DNA of 55,412 nucleotides, taken from IMG/VR virus record IMGVR_UViG_3300025000_000128, positions 1 through 55,412 of that record; one strand, 5' to 3'. Below the pieces are notes generated by a model. That model was given only the letters and a program-made list of their open reading frames with translations. It was not told the origin of the DNA and made no database searches. This document shows, one piece after another, positions 10,301 through 21,620 of this stretch (positions are counted from its first letter, which is position 1; each line of letters begins with the position of its first letter). Position numbers and translations under genes: made by a program. Source of the DNA: a virus (taxonomy: Duplodnaviria > Caudoviricetes).

Positions 10301-11422
10301 CTAAAGGTATTTGTTCTCTATTAAATCTTCTATTTCCTGTAATGATTTCTGCTCTTCTATTGTTAGATTACTTATATCCCAATAATCATTTTCTTCCTCG
10401 TCACCAAATAAATCTTCAAATATATCAGGTTCTTCATTATTATCTTCATTATATATTTTTGGTATAGGTAATGGTTTTTGCTTCTTGTTTTTAAGTCCTG
10501 TCCCTTTAATTTCTGTGACAGAGCGATTATTTACAATCTCAACCTTATTATCTTCACTTTCATCTTTTACAACCATTTTATATTCTAATTCCTTTTTCTT
10601 CTTTATCAATTCCTCCAATTCTTCTAATGTTAAATTATCTATATTGTTTATCTTTTGTTGAACACTTCTTCTTTCATTAGATTGAGTTTTATCAGTATAT
10701 ATTAATCCCTTACCACTAATTTCTGTTTCCAATTGTCTATTAAAGTTTGCTTCATCATCCCAATGACCTATATATGTAGTACAATAACGTTTGTCGGGAG
10801 TTAGATAACTATTGTTATATCTGATCAAATGCAAATCATCTTGTAATATCTTATTATATCTCTGTATTGTTCTAGAATCCGTTACTAGTTGTTTTAATTT
10901 TCCTTGAGTTAAATATCCGAATTGACTATCATTACCAGATACTCTTCTGCAAGCGATAAAATATCTAATAATATTAAACTTATTTAAATTTTTAGACGCT
11001 AATTCTTCAAATATGTAATTAATTTCTTCATCAAATATTTTGAAATAACCATTCTCAGGAGGAGGTATTAACTCAACATAAAATGTAGAATCCTTATCTT
11101 TAATTATAGAATTAATAGATAGTTTATTACCCTTATTATCATGATCTTTACAATACAGATTATACAATTTTAGTATATAACCTTTACTCATTAACTCTAT
11201 TATTGTATCTTTGATTGTTGAAATCAATTTTCTATTGTTAGATACATTAATTCTCATGAGATCACATATTATTTGAATAGAGCATAATCCAAGGTTTTTA
11301 TATTGTTGGTAATTTCTATACAATAATATCAATACGGTCATCTCTTCATTAGAAATACTCAAGTTATCATAAAAATCATTAGGTAATTTAACATAATATT
11401 CATCTGGTGTAATACTACTCAT
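10301..11422 (-). CDS. putative winged-HTH replication-initiator-like protein; paralog of 52743..54125
   Basis: YVKLPNDFY / RTIQRYNKIL..LIRY align by eye with WSKIPNRFFY / DTIDKYNKIL..MIRY; acidic tail. Confidence 0.55.
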   Translation of the reverse strand: MSSITPDEYYVKLPNDFYDNLSISNEEMTVLILLYRNYQQYKNLGLCSIQIICDLMRINVSNNRKLISTIKDTIIELMSKGYILKLYNLYCKDHDNKGNKLSINSIIKDKDSTFYVELIPPPENGYFKIFDEEINYIFEELASKNLNKFNIIRYFIACRRVSGNDSQFGYLTQGKLKQLVTDSRTIQRYNKILQDDLHLIRYNNSYLTPDKRYCTTYIGHWDDEANFNRQLETEISGKGLIYTDKTQSNERRSVQQKINNIDNLTLEELEELIKKKKELEYKMVVKDESEDNKVEIVNNRSVTEIKGTGLKNKKQKPLPIPKIYNEDNNEEPDIFEDLFGDEEENDYWDISNLTIEEQKSLQEIEDLIENKYL

Positions 11423-11459
11423 AATTTAATCAATCTCCTCAATCATATTTATTATTTTA

Positions 11460-11633
11460 TTATTTTATACCATTATAGAATTCAGTCAAAGCATTAAACA
11501 ATTCTTTTGTTTTTGTAAATTTGTAAGTTCTTATTGCATTATCTCTTTTTATAAATACAGGTTTTATTCCTTTGGTAGATAAGTAATCTACCTCTACACT
11601 CCATTGAGTTGCATATTCTTTATCAAATTTCAT
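11460..11633 (-). CDS. small DUF5659-like protein
   Basis: YLSTKGIK..YKFTKTKELFNALTEFY pattern; ATG at 11633 follows AAAGGTGG. Confidence 0.6.
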   Translation of the reverse strand: MKFDKEYATQWSVEVDYLSTKGIKPVFIKRDNAIRTYKFTKTKELFNALTEFYNGIK

Positions 11634-11669
11634 TTCAAAATCAACCACCTTTTCATAGTGCTATGTAAT

Positions 11670-11965
11670 GTGTATACAATTTTGCGTTCAAATTTTAGAA
11701 TGTACCCCCTATTTTGAGTACAAATTCTAAAGTTATGCTCACACACATTTGCGTTCAAATTCATAGTATTTTAGAAAGTAAACGCTTTTCTGTGTGAGCA
11801 CTCTCTGCGTTTGTACGCAAAACTGTGTGAGCACATTTAGAAAGTAAACGCATTTTAGTAGCCACATCACACAGTATAAAGAGTTATATAAGTATAAAGA
11901 GTAAAAGAAGAATATAGAGTAAAAGATTATAAAGAGTTCTATAGATTTGCTAACGCAAAATCAAA
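11670..11965. repeat. iteron-like repeat cluster (candidate origin)
   Basis: TGCGTTCAAATT x2 (11683,11750), TTAGAAAGTAAACGC x2 (11771,11837), CTGTGTGAGCAC x2 (11790,11823) plus inverted copy at 11736, AGTATAAAGAGT x2 (11873,11891). Confidence 0.7.
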
Positions 11966-11973
11966 TTGTTTCT

Positions 11974-12702
11974 TTAACTTATTTTATTATTTTTTAATTT
12001 TAGTGTATCAATAATTAATTGCCTTCCTTTCTCTGTTATTAAAATCACATAATTTATACTTCCATCTTTATATTTTTTCTTTCTACCATTCTCAAAGTAT
12101 CCTTGATTTATGTATTCATCTTTAACATAATATGCACAATTATTTGATTTTGTAAATATACCTTTTAGAAATAGTTCTTCATATAATTTATCTTGTGGGA
12201 ATTTCATTTTATATCCATCTAGTTTGAGTTTTGAATATGTATCTAAACAGTTTAGTATTCTATTGTTTAATTTTAATCTTAACTTTTCAGTTTTAGGATT
12301 AGGTGGATTTAAACCATTGTTTTGTACCAATCTCATCAAATATTTTGCATCAGCTATTTTACTTATGATTACTTTTTTACCACTAAGGACTTTATCTACA
12401 GTGTTTTCTATATTGTATCCATTGGTAATAGAATTATATTGATTTATGTATTTTCCTTCTACGTATATCAATTGCATAGTTGTTTTATATGGACTATCTA
12501 AACTTTGTATTTCTTCTAGTATTTCAAATCTAAAATTATCTTTTCCGTATGTATTCCATGCAGTTTGTAATTTATAGTTGCAATGAGAATTTTTGTTTAG
12601 TTCATCTATATGTTCATCCCAACGTCTTTCTATGTTATTACTTTCACCAATATAAGGTAGATTGTTTATTTTGTTTATAATTCCATATATTCCTTTTGTC
12701 AT
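11974..12702 (-). CDS. GIY-YIG endonuclease with C-terminal antirepressor (KilAC/ANT)-like domain
   Basis: GIYGIINKINNLPYIGES..RRWDEH..LQTAWNTYG..FEILE..GYN; C-terminal EYINQGYFE..ITEKGRQLI. Confidence 0.8.
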   Translation of the reverse strand: MTKGIYGIINKINNLPYIGESNNIERRWDEHIDELNKNSHCNYKLQTAWNTYGKDNFRFEILEEIQSLDSPYKTTMQLIYVEGKYINQYNSITNGYNIENTVDKVLSGKKVIISKIADAKYLMRLVQNNGLNPPNPKTEKLRLKLNNRILNCLDTYSKLKLDGYKMKFPQDKLYEELFLKGIFTKSNNCAYYVKDEYINQGYFENGRKKKYKDGSINYVILITEKGRQLIIDTLKLKNNKIS

Positions 12703-12756
12703 TTTAATCTTCTCTCCTCTATCAATCATTATTTTATTTTTATATTGTTAGTAATA

Positions 12757-12790
<34 letters not shown>

Positions 12791-13001
12791 ACTTATGTAA
12801 AACCACTAGCAATAATATCAATTTGTAATGGAAAATGCAATAGAATGATTTGTATTGTCAATATAATTCTCCTCCTTTCTGAATTTATTTCATAGTTATC
12901 CCTACTCAATAATTATACTACAATGTAATATACAATGCAAGTATTTTTTATTTATATATTTATAGAATAATTTATTTTATTAACAAATTATAAATTATAA
13001 A

Positions 13002-13333
13002 TCAATTACTATTTACACAAATCAACCACTCAATATACTTTTCCATCTCACTTTTTACTGCTAATCTTGCTTGATCAATTCCATGACCTGATTCTACATG
13101 ATATATTTCTAGGGATATGTTTTGTCTGAATGGTTTAGGAATTTGTGAGCTGATTTCTCTCCATTTAGTTTTACCTTTATTAATAGAATATGTACAGATA
13201 TATTGTTTAGGATTTGGTTTAAGTCTTTTGTTATTTTGTAGGCATTTGATATGGATTCTAGTTATGATTTATAGTTAGAGAATTGGTTAAGATTGTTTTG
13301 TTTGTTGGAATTAGAATTATTTGTATTATTCAT
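13002..13333 (-). pseudogene. frameshifted hypothetical gene (~110 aa)
   Basis: RBS+ATG at 13333; frame stops after 23 codons; adding one A in TATAAATC restores a frame to TGA at 13002. Confidence 0.55.
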
Positions 13334-13358
13334 ATATTTTTATTACTCCTTTATTGTT

Positions 13359-14135
13359 TTAATCAGTAATTTCCACTTCATATCTACACATAGCATCATA
13401 TAATGTCTGAGGAATATTATTTTTATATTCATATGCTACCTGTTTTATGTATTTTTCTTTATATTCTTTATATGCATTAAAGGCTTCTTCGGGTGTATTA
13501 AAACTTCCTAAATATATACTTGAATCATTGTCGCGACAAACTGCATTATATTTTCTATGATGTGCGGATACACCTACTAGTATATTGTTATGTCTGTGTG
13601 TTTTTAACAAAGAATTAATTCTAACAGGGACGAATACACATGTCTCTGGAGAATAAATTTTATTACCTTTAATTAATATATCTTTGTCTAAATGCATTTC
13701 TTCTCCATCTATTTCATAATAGTTTTCATCATACCATTGACCAAAGTTTTGAAAGTTTAACCACTCATTACAGACAGTGCAACCTATGTATGTAGGACGT
13801 TTTTTATGTAATTTTTCATCATAGCATCTATGCAACATATTCGTCCAACAACGATATTGACTAGTTGTTTTAGAATTTCTACCACTTTTATATTTTCCTA
13901 CTCCCAAATAACCAACTCCACAAACTGTTTTATCATATAACGAATTTGCCATTCCTTTCATAAAATCTTTATATTCACGATTGTAAACTGTATAATTTGT
14001 ATCAGGAAAATATATGTCAATATCTTTTGTATTATTATATTTTATTATCATCATTTTGCTACCAAAATTATTTACTCCAATTTGTCCTACTCTATCAGCA
14101 ACTTTTACAGATTCATTTATTTTTGCATATGCCAA
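13359..14135 (-). CDS. HNH-type homing endonuclease with AP2-like C-terminus
   Basis: WTNMLHRCY..VCNEWLNFQNF..LDKDILIKGNKIYSPETCVFVP..YLGSFNTPEEAFNAY. Confidence 0.8.
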   Translation of the reverse strand: MAYAKINESVKVADRVGQIGVNNFGSKMMIIKYNNTKDIDIYFPDTNYTVYNREYKDFMKGMANSLYDKTVCGVGYLGVGKYKSGRNSKTTSQYRCWTNMLHRCYDEKLHKKRPTYIGCTVCNEWLNFQNFGQWYDENYYEIDGEEMHLDKDILIKGNKIYSPETCVFVPVRINSLLKTHRHNNILVGVSAHHRKYNAVCRDNDSSIYLGSFNTPEEAFNAYKEYKEKYIKQVAYEYKNNIPQTLYDAMCRYEVEITD

Positions 14136-14263
14136 TTATCAATCAATCCTTTCTATTTTAACTCAATATTTTTCTAACCATAAAAGATAATTTAAATTTT
14201 CCTAATCCATAATATATTTCCCCCCTTATCTATCTAGATATAATTTATTTTATATCTATACAT

Positions 14264-14292
14264 AGTATATCAAATTACAAGATATATGTCAA
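14264..14292 (-). promoter_or_regulatory. sigmaA promoter
   Basis: TTGACA-17-TATACT, extended TG. Confidence 0.7.
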
Positions 14293-14932
14293 TATATTTA
14301 TTTAAAGATTTATAAAATTTATTTTTAGTAATTTATATTGTTGTTTACTCCCAAAATTTGATTCGGTCAAGTTTGTTAAATATACGCCCCCTTATATAGA
14401 AAGGATATAGTATAATAGATATAAGTGCTGTTGTATAAGGATTTTATGGAGGTTTATGTAGATGGATATTTTGATTTTTATGGATGCATTTATTGTGATT
14501 ATTGTTTTTGTAATTTGTTCGATTGGATTGAAATAGATTTATGATTTGGAATTTAAATTAAATAGAAATTTATAGATCATAGGATAGAATTTGGTTTATG
14601 TTTGTGCTAGATAATTGTTATAATAGTAGGAATTATTGGTTGTTTTATTATATTAGATTATGTGAGAATTTTAGATGATTTTATGAGATTAATTTGTAAA
14701 ATTATTTGATATTTGAGAAGTTTTATGAATTAGTTTTTGGAATTTATGTAGGTGGAAATTGTTGTGTTGATTATGTTTTTGCGATGAATGTACGAAGGGG
14801 AATTTGAGATTATATTGGATTAAAATTTAAGAGAATAAAAATATTTTAAATAATTTTTATATTTACTATTGACAAATTTGTTAAAGTGTGATCGGGTTCG
14901 ATAGTAAAATTGGTCTAGAACTCCATGTACTC

Positions 14933-14949
14933 TGTCGAATCCTGTCGAA
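14933..14949 (+). promoter_or_regulatory. tandem Spo0A-box-like sites
   Basis: TGTCGAA at 14933 and 14943; further copies at 15280 and 46278. Confidence 0.45.
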
Positions 14950-15713
14950 ATAAAAAGTTGTTAATTTGTAAAGATACGCCCCATGTTGGCATGGTTTTTG
15001 AAAGTGAATACTAGCACAGGTTTTTGCTATAGTCTATGCTTATGACAAACTGAAAATATTACAACCGGAATACCTGCTGAACGCTACAACCCGCATGAAT
15101 AAAGGGTTTTTACAATTATCTGAATGTGACACAATGGGAATGTGTAACATTGGATGAGAAATGGGCCTTATATTATGTATCGGAATGATTTTGGATAGCT
15201 TAGAAGGGCAAATATGAGGCAGAAATGATAAGAGGAATAATGTCCTGGTTTTGCTCCGGCTGTACTCGGTTAATGATAATGTCGAATTGATTTTAGTCGG
15301 GAAAATGGAATGAATAATGATAATGAGTAGAATGTTGGGCCTTGATGCTATTTGCTCAGGTGCATAAATTTTTTGCACCTCGATTTATATAACATACGAT
15401 TTTTGAGTGAACACTTATAATAAATGAGTAATCACTCATATGTCTATTCATTCATATATAAATTGTAATTACATTGTATACACATAAAGTTACAATCATA
15501 ATACCATACAATACAGTCAGTTGACCACATTACACGTTCATTATAATCATAATCACATAATCCAATCACTCTAACAACATCACATGATCAAAATGATCAC
15601 ATAGCATAAACCTATACTATAATAATCTATACTAATACAGATTATTATAGACAAATCATTATACTACTATCAGTATAAACAATAATAAAATATTCATAAA
15701 TCTAAAATAAAAT

Positions 15714-15743
15714 AAAGGAATATTGTCATCTAGTAACGAATAT
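15714..15743 (+). promoter_or_regulatory. sigmaH-like promoter
   Basis: AAAGGAATA ... ACGAATAT with sigmaH-type spacing, upstream of 15782. Confidence 0.5.
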
Positions 15744-15781
15744 ACTACAGTATAAGTAGATCACTTAGGGAGGCCAACACA

Positions 15782-16207
15782 ATGCAAGTATATCATCGTT
15801 TTACAAACTCAAACAGTCCAATGTCCTCATGGGGTCACGCTATGTTAGTTAATAATGAATCATCTCAACATTACGGACAAAATCATTATACTTTTACACC
15901 TAATACTGATACAAAAAACATTTTAGATTTAAAATCTCTTATTATTGCTGCATGGGACAATTGTAAAGAAGATGAGGATTTTGGAGATTTAATGGATAAT
16001 TATTATATCTCTTTAGATTCTGAGGATGTTTTTGACTCCTTTAATCCGTCAGATATAGTCGATAGTGCTCAAGGTTGGGATTGCGAATTAATGGTCTGGT
16101 TTTGGCAATTTATCGCGGAACCAAATGGGATAATGTCTATCATAACTGATAATGGAGCAATTGTTTGGGATGATACTTTAATAAAACTTACAAACAGCAA
16201 CGATTAA
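15782..16207 (+). CDS. hypothetical protein
   Basis: 141 aa, GGGAGG RBS, terminator after. Confidence 0.8.
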   Translation: MQVYHRFTNSNSPMSSWGHAMLVNNESSQHYGQNHYTFTPNTDTKNILDLKSLIIAAWDNCKEDEDFGDLMDNYYISLDSEDVFDSFNPSDIVDSAQGWDCELMVWFWQFIAEPNGIMSIITDNGAIVWDDTLIKLTNSND

Positions 16208-16221
16208 GAATAAAATATCTA

Positions 16222-16250
16222 AAGCAGGAAATAACCTGCTTTTTTCTTTT
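16222..16250 (+). terminator. intrinsic terminator
   Basis: AAAGCAGG-AAATAA-CCTGCTTT then T run. Confidence 0.8.
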
Positions 16251-16480
16251 CCCTTACAATCTATCCATACCCTTCCTAAACCTCTCCATAACCCTATTCT
16301 ATCATCTTACACAGCATCTTATCTCCTTAATTCCCTACACAATTTTAACCCTATATAATAGAAAGCAATAAATCTCTACAAATTCATAACTATAAAAATA
16401 AATTTTATATGAAACGACTATTCCTTTCAATTTTATGATATACTATAGGAAATTAGTTAATCATCAAAGGAGTGTTAGCA

Positions 16481-18394
16481 ATGCTAAAAATTAATGATTT
16501 CGTAAAGGTCACTGGTTTTTATGTCAAGAATGACAACGACATCTTCATTGTAGATAATCAATATTCCAATGGAGAATACTGCTTAAAGAAAGTCACCTTA
16601 TCCGGTACTCAGTCCAAAACAAAATATTCTATTCTCTTTTTAAAAGCTAAACATTTTGCAGATCCCACGTTAACAATTGAAGTCATTCCAAATGTTGCAG
16701 GATTAAAACAAGCTAAGAAAGAAGTAAATGATTTCCTAAAAGGTATCACAGCAGAAGAAAAGGTTTTCTCCTTTGTTGATGCAATCGGTACTGATGTAGA
16801 AAAAGGAACTTTCCTTAAAGTCATTAAATCATTTGGTATTACTTCTAGCATGTACAGTGTTCCAAAGGGTACAATTTACGAAATAACCTCTACATACAAT
16901 GGTAACTACAATCTTAACATGGTAGGTAAAAGAGGAGAGAAATTAAGCACGACAGGAGCAAATGGCTGTAATAAAGTTATTCTAACATTCTCTGCTAAAA
17001 GTATTGCAGGATTATTCTCTGATGGCGATATAGTCAAGGTTGAACGGATCGAAAGCACAAAAGGAGAAATTGCTAATACTGAAACCACTGAAACTATAGA
17101 AAATGTAGAAGTCATTATACCTGCTAAAGTTATAACAGCTTCAGAAATTGAAGAAGAAATTGCACCTTATGACGAATACCGTGAACAACTTGTAAATAAA
17201 ATCATGGTCAATCTAGATCATGTTGCTATCAATGGAGATATTGAAGAATTAACCACACCAGAACTAGAAGCAATCATTACTAGAATTAATTCTGCAATTG
17301 CCAATCAAATAATATCTATAACAATTGATACTGAAAACTATGCAATCATAACAACCGGAAATGGCTCTTATAAATGCAATTATGCAAAAGACGAATACTT
17401 CAGCAATGAGTATTACATTGAAGAAATAAAAATTGATCATAGGGTTTATGGGTTAAATAGTTTTGTACCTTACATAGAAGAAGCGAAACAACCTATAACA
17501 GAAACCTCTATAACAGCAGTCGAACTAGTTGCACCAATTATCCCTGTACAAAACATTAATCTTATCAATCCTATCAATGAAGCACTAGCACAACGATCAA
17601 AAGAAAACATGAGTTTTTCAAGTTACACTCCAAATTCCGCAACAATGGAATACAATCAAGAAATAACAGAAGTTTCCAAAGCAATCAATTCTGCTAAATC
17701 TAAAGTATCACCTGAAGCGCAAATCAAACTTGATAACCTTCTCTTGTCCTATTCTTCAAATTATGCAAATTGGATTAATAAACGCAATGCAAATGGTGCA
17801 AGTCATGTTAGTTCATTCATTTCTGGCCCATCTAACTATAACATGAGCAAACATAACAAATACTTAAATCGTGAAGGAAAACTATGGGAAGAATATGAGC
17901 AGTTTAAAAATATTCAAAGTCGTATCAATGCAATTGTTGCCGGAGATAAAATCATAAAATCCAATGATGTAAATGCTATTGATAAGTTAAAAGAAAAACT
18001 TGAAAAAGCTTTAGAGGAACATGCAGGATATAAAGTATATAATTCCAACGCTAAAAAGGAAGGAAAACCGTCTCTTCCTGCTTATGTTCTACAAAATAGC
18101 AATGGTAGGATAAAAGGCATTAAAGACAGAATTGCACACCTTGAACGGCTATTACAGCAGGAGTCAAAAGAAATTATAATCGAGTCAGAATCAACTCTAT
18201 CTAATGGAATTAAAATAGTTGATAATGTAGAAGCACATAGACTACAAATATTCTTTAATGGGAAACCATCAGCAGAAATTAGAACACAACTTAAAAAGAA
18301 TGGATTTAGATGGACACCAACAATTGAAGCATGGCAGTCTTACAGGAGCGACAAAGCAAGTAAAAAAGCTTTAGAAATTGTTTCTAAAATTTGA
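16481..18394 (+). CDS. polyvalent-type protein; C-terminal half resembles DUF3560/large-polyvalent-protein-associated regions
   Basis: IKSNDVNAIDKLKEKL, LQNSNGRIKGIKDRI, RLQIFFNGKPSAEIRTQLKKNGFRWTPTIEAWQ. Confidence 0.65.
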   Translation: MLKINDFVKVTGFYVKNDNDIFIVDNQYSNGEYCLKKVTLSGTQSKTKYSILFLKAKHFADPTLTIEVIPNVAGLKQAKKEVNDFLKGITAEEKVFSFVDAIGTDVEKGTFLKVIKSFGITSSMYSVPKGTIYEITSTYNGNYNLNMVGKRGEKLSTTGANGCNKVILTFSAKSIAGLFSDGDIVKVERIESTKGEIANTETTETIENVEVIIPAKVITASEIEEEIAPYDEYREQLVNKIMVNLDHVAINGDIEELTTPELEAIITRINSAIANQIISITIDTENYAIITTGNGSYKCNYAKDEYFSNEYYIEEIKIDHRVYGLNSFVPYIEEAKQPITETSITAVELVAPIIPVQNINLINPINEALAQRSKENMSFSSYTPNSATMEYNQEITEVSKAINSAKSKVSPEAQIKLDNLLLSYSSNYANWINKRNANGASHVSSFISGPSNYNMSKHNKYLNREGKLWEEYEQFKNIQSRINAIVAGDKIIKSNDVNAIDKLKEKLEKALEEHAGYKVYNSNAKKEGKPSLPAYVLQNSNGRIKGIKDRIAHLERLLQQESKEIIIESESTLSNGIKIVDNVEAHRLQIFFNGKPSAEIRTQLKKNGFRWTPTIEAWQSYRSDKASKKALEIVSKI

Positions 18395-18468
18395 TTAATT
18401 TTGGGTGTAAATATCCTATATAGTATCTATAGGGAATATACACCCAAAAGTTAAAAATAAATATTTCC

Positions 18469-18497
18469 TTGACAACTGCAAAATGAATCTATATACT
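18469..18497 (+). promoter_or_regulatory. sigmaA promoter
   Basis: TTGACA-17-TATACT, after a hairpin at ~18399-18449. Confidence 0.7.
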
Positions 18498-18577
18498 CTT
18501 AATTAATCCACCTTATTAGTAACTCAATCAATTACATAACCAAACCAAATACATAAACAAAAGGAAGTGCATCCACT

Positions 18578-18961
18578 ATGGCAAGAAATCTAAAACCTGC
18601 AAACCTCAAAAAATTATCCCAAATCAAAACATCAAACGGCTTCAAAATCGACTTAGCAAACTACATGTATAATCCATCATACGACCACGAATACCCAAAC
18701 TTAATCCAATGCACCCACGAAACATCAACTGAGCGTTTCTACACCACTGTAAAATATTTTAAACGACATAATGGAACGGGATATTATTCAACAGAAACCT
18801 ACTCACACAAAATTGATGATTCAAATTCCTGGAGCATTGCAAACAGTTTGAAAGAAACCGAATTAGAAGAAAGCAACAGATTTAGCATGAAGCGATTAAT
18901 TGAACTGGCTGAACAAATTAAACCAGACAACATTCCGGCAATTTCTGAAGCAGCAAAATAA
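18578..18961 (+). CDS. hypothetical protein
   Basis: 127 aa, AAGGA RBS. Confidence 0.8.
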   Translation: MARNLKPANLKKLSQIKTSNGFKIDLANYMYNPSYDHEYPNLIQCTHETSTERFYTTVKYFKRHNGTGYYSTETYSHKIDDSNSWSIANSLKETELEESNRFSMKRLIELAEQIKPDNIPAISEAAK

Positions 18962-19155
18962 ACCTAAACCATTAAATAAAATAATCAAATTTGAGGCTCT
19001 AGCGAGTCTCTTTTCTATTCCCCTTATAATCCCACAACTCACACCAGAAACCCTCTCACAATCAATCCTGGCATCACTGAGCGCACATCACAAACATATC
19101 TATTAATCTTATTCCTGCTGCTGCTACACTCACAATACAAATCACAAAATAAAGT

Positions 19156-19185
19156 TTGACAACATTCTAATTTATATGGTATACT
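19156..19185 (+). promoter_or_regulatory. sigmaA promoter
   Basis: TTGACA-18-TATACT, extended TG. Confidence 0.65.
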
Positions 19186-19343
19186 TATTGCCTAGAATAA
19201 TTATATTTAGAATAAATAAATAAAAGGAAAGGAGTTAAGCGAACCATACTAATACTATCTATAGATCCGGCTATACATAAGCATAATTAATTTGGGTGGC
19301 ACTGGTAACAATTTAAATATAAATCAAAGGAGTTAAATGTAAT

Positions 19344-19634
19344 ATGTATAATCAATATAATCCAAATCAAATATATACCTTTATATGTAAATCTCAAAAA
19401 CTTGCAGGATATTTAATGTTATTTAAAAACTTAAAATTACTTGCTGTAAATCCTTCAAGAGAAGATGAAAACCGCAATGTATTTTTATTTGCTAATACAC
19501 AAATTTTACAAGATGCAGTAAAAGAGTATAAAGAATGGAGGAATACCAACAGTAATGTCAATTTCAACAACAAATACAATACTAACAACACTAAAACAAC
19601 AAGCCAACGAACAACTAATACCTTTAAGGAGTAA
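19344..19634 (+). CDS. DUF5659-like small protein
   Basis: SQKLAGYLM..NRNVFLFANTQILQDAVKEY; shares SQKLAG with 52305..52505. Confidence 0.7.
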   Translation: MYNQYNPNQIYTFICKSQKLAGYLMLFKNLKLLAVNPSREDENRNVFLFANTQILQDAVKEYKEWRNTNSNVNFNNKYNTNNTKTTSQRTTNTFKE

Positions 19635-19638
19635 AATA

Positions 19639-21378
19639 ATGAATAATAGTATATTTCCTAAATTAGAAGAATTATTCAACGTGTTTATGTGTGAAGCAGC
19701 AATAGGAAAAACTCACACAATTATTGAAACACTAAAGGAACTATCAGCCACCACGAAAGCATTAAATAATAAACCAATCAAAACTTTAATTGTAACAAAA
19801 TTTATAGATGAAGGAAAACTAATTGCAAGTGAATTAAATAAATTTAAACCTAATATGGCTAAAGATGAGAATTCTGAAAATAAGGAAAGATATGAAAAGG
19901 ATCTTAAAAAGTATGAAGTATTAATTATTACTCATGCAATGTATAAAAAACTCTGCAAAGATCCTTATCACAAGCGCAAATATTACATAGCAGAAAGAAC
20001 AAATCTAATAATTGATGAAGAACTTAATATGGTAGAAATGGACTCACTGGGAGATACAGACATAGACATTATTAGGCGAACCCTAAGAGGTTTAAAATAT
20101 ATTGATGCTGAAGAAAATATGTATATCGATTTAGAAGTAGCATTCAATAGAATCATATCTGAATTAGTTGAAAAGAAGGATCAATGTCACGACAAAACAT
20201 TAAGATATTTTGAATTTACTAGCACAAAGATAGAAAAAGCAATTGATATGTTAAAATTAATGGTCAATGAGACTCCTTTTACAAATAATTATGAATTCCA
20301 TTTAGGATATAGCCAGAATATTTTTACAAATAAACTTAAGTTATTAGATAAATTAGAAATATTAAAGAAATATTTTAATAATCCTAAAGTATTAGTTAGT
20401 AATAAAACACTTTATACTTTTGATGATGATTTAAAATACTTCTTTCTAGACAATAATATATTATTAGATGCTTCAGCCAAATTTCATGAACTATATAAAT
20501 TAGGTTCACAATTCAAATTGACTGAAGCAGAGCGCATATTTCCGCATAATAACTGGACTATCCATATGTCTAATACTAATTCAACCAAAACAGCAAAACA
20601 TAACGATGATAATTTCTATAAGGATGTTGTGGCCCTAATTATCAAAGAATGCGCTGAAAAGGATAATATTTTAGTGTTAGGACTGGAGGAGGATATCGCA
20701 CATATAAATAATAATTACAGTGATAAATTAATACATTTGGAAAACATTAAATATAGTAATTTTCAGAATATGCGTGGAAAGAATGATTGGAAAGATTTTA
20801 ATAAATGCTTTATAATTCATACTCCGGTAATGCCAGCACCTTACTATATATTTATGTATATGCTTTATACAGGAGAGGTTCCAACTGAGGAGGAATTTAA
20901 ATTCCAGAAAATAAATAAAAACATGGGGTTTAAATATAATGAAACATTGGAGAGTTTAAGAAAAACTGATATTATATCTAGTATATATCAAGGCATTAAA
21001 AGAATTAATAGGGGAACAGGGCATATAGAAGATAAAGCAGACGTTTATTTGATTAATGGAGATTTAGAGATTGTAAATGTCATTATTCAACAATTAAAAA
21101 ATATTAATGTAGTTAATTTTAAACTGCATGAAGAGAAAGTTAAGAAATATGATAGTAAGGAGAGAAAAGAAAATAGTTATTGCAATAAATTTATTGAATT
21201 ACTTAAATTATTAGATGTTAACAAGCAATATCCAGTTAATGATTTATTAGAACAAATAGAATATAAACCAACTAATTTTAGTAGACTATGGAAAGATGAT
21301 ATTGTCCAAAAGATAGTTAATGAATTAAATATAGAATTAATAAAGATTAATCGTATTAACCATATAATTAAGAAATAA
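19639..21378 (+). CDS. SF2 helicase-like protein, possibly origin-binding/replication
   Basis: CEAAIGKT, LIIDEE, LLDASA, RGKNDW, YQGIKRI; ATG at 19639 has AAGGAG RBS. Confidence 0.65.
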   Translation: MNNSIFPKLEELFNVFMCEAAIGKTHTIIETLKELSATTKALNNKPIKTLIVTKFIDEGKLIASELNKFKPNMAKDENSENKERYEKDLKKYEVLIITHAMYKKLCKDPYHKRKYYIAERTNLIIDEELNMVEMDSLGDTDIDIIRRTLRGLKYIDAEENMYIDLEVAFNRIISELVEKKDQCHDKTLRYFEFTSTKIEKAIDMLKLMVNETPFTNNYEFHLGYSQNIFTNKLKLLDKLEILKKYFNNPKVLVSNKTLYTFDDDLKYFFLDNNILLDASAKFHELYKLGSQFKLTEAERIFPHNNWTIHMSNTNSTKTAKHNDDNFYKDVVALIIKECAEKDNILVLGLEEDIAHINNNYSDKLIHLENIKYSNFQNMRGKNDWKDFNKCFIIHTPVMPAPYYIFMYMLYTGEVPTEEEFKFQKINKNMGFKYNETLESLRKTDIISSIYQGIKRINRGTGHIEDKADVYLINGDLEIVNVIIQQLKNINVVNFKLHEEKVKKYDSKERKENSYCNKFIELLKLLDVNKQYPVNDLLEQIEYKPTNFSRLWKDDIVQKIVNELNIELIKINRINHIIKK

Positions 21379-21381
21379 TTC

Positions 21382-21620
21382 TAATTCGTCATGAATAACT
21401 ATATATATTAATATAGATATTGGTGACGAATTACGAATCCTTAATATAGTATAATTGCCTAATTAAAATCCTAAAAACATTAGCTGACAGCGTCTTTTCA
21501 ATTTTGAGACAAGCTCAAAATAGGACTTGCAAACTCTGATTAAATTTAATCTAATAATAATCCTCTAAATACAGCAAAGGGGAACGCAAGCATAATTTCC
21601 GGCAAGTGTGCGGAAATTCT
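21382..21620. other. inverted-repeat cluster downstream of helicase-like gene
   Basis: AATTCGTCA..TGACGAATT around an AT core; TTTTGAG..CTCAAAA; AATTTCCG..CGGAAATT. Confidence 0.5.

Noticed and set aside
11670-11965. CRISPR array
   Set aside because: Repeats are short and heterogeneous with no regular spacers; no array or tRNA gene seen anywhere in the window.
15040-15378. 112-aa minus-strand ORF
   Set aside because: Composition mirrors the local skew and no family is recognisable.
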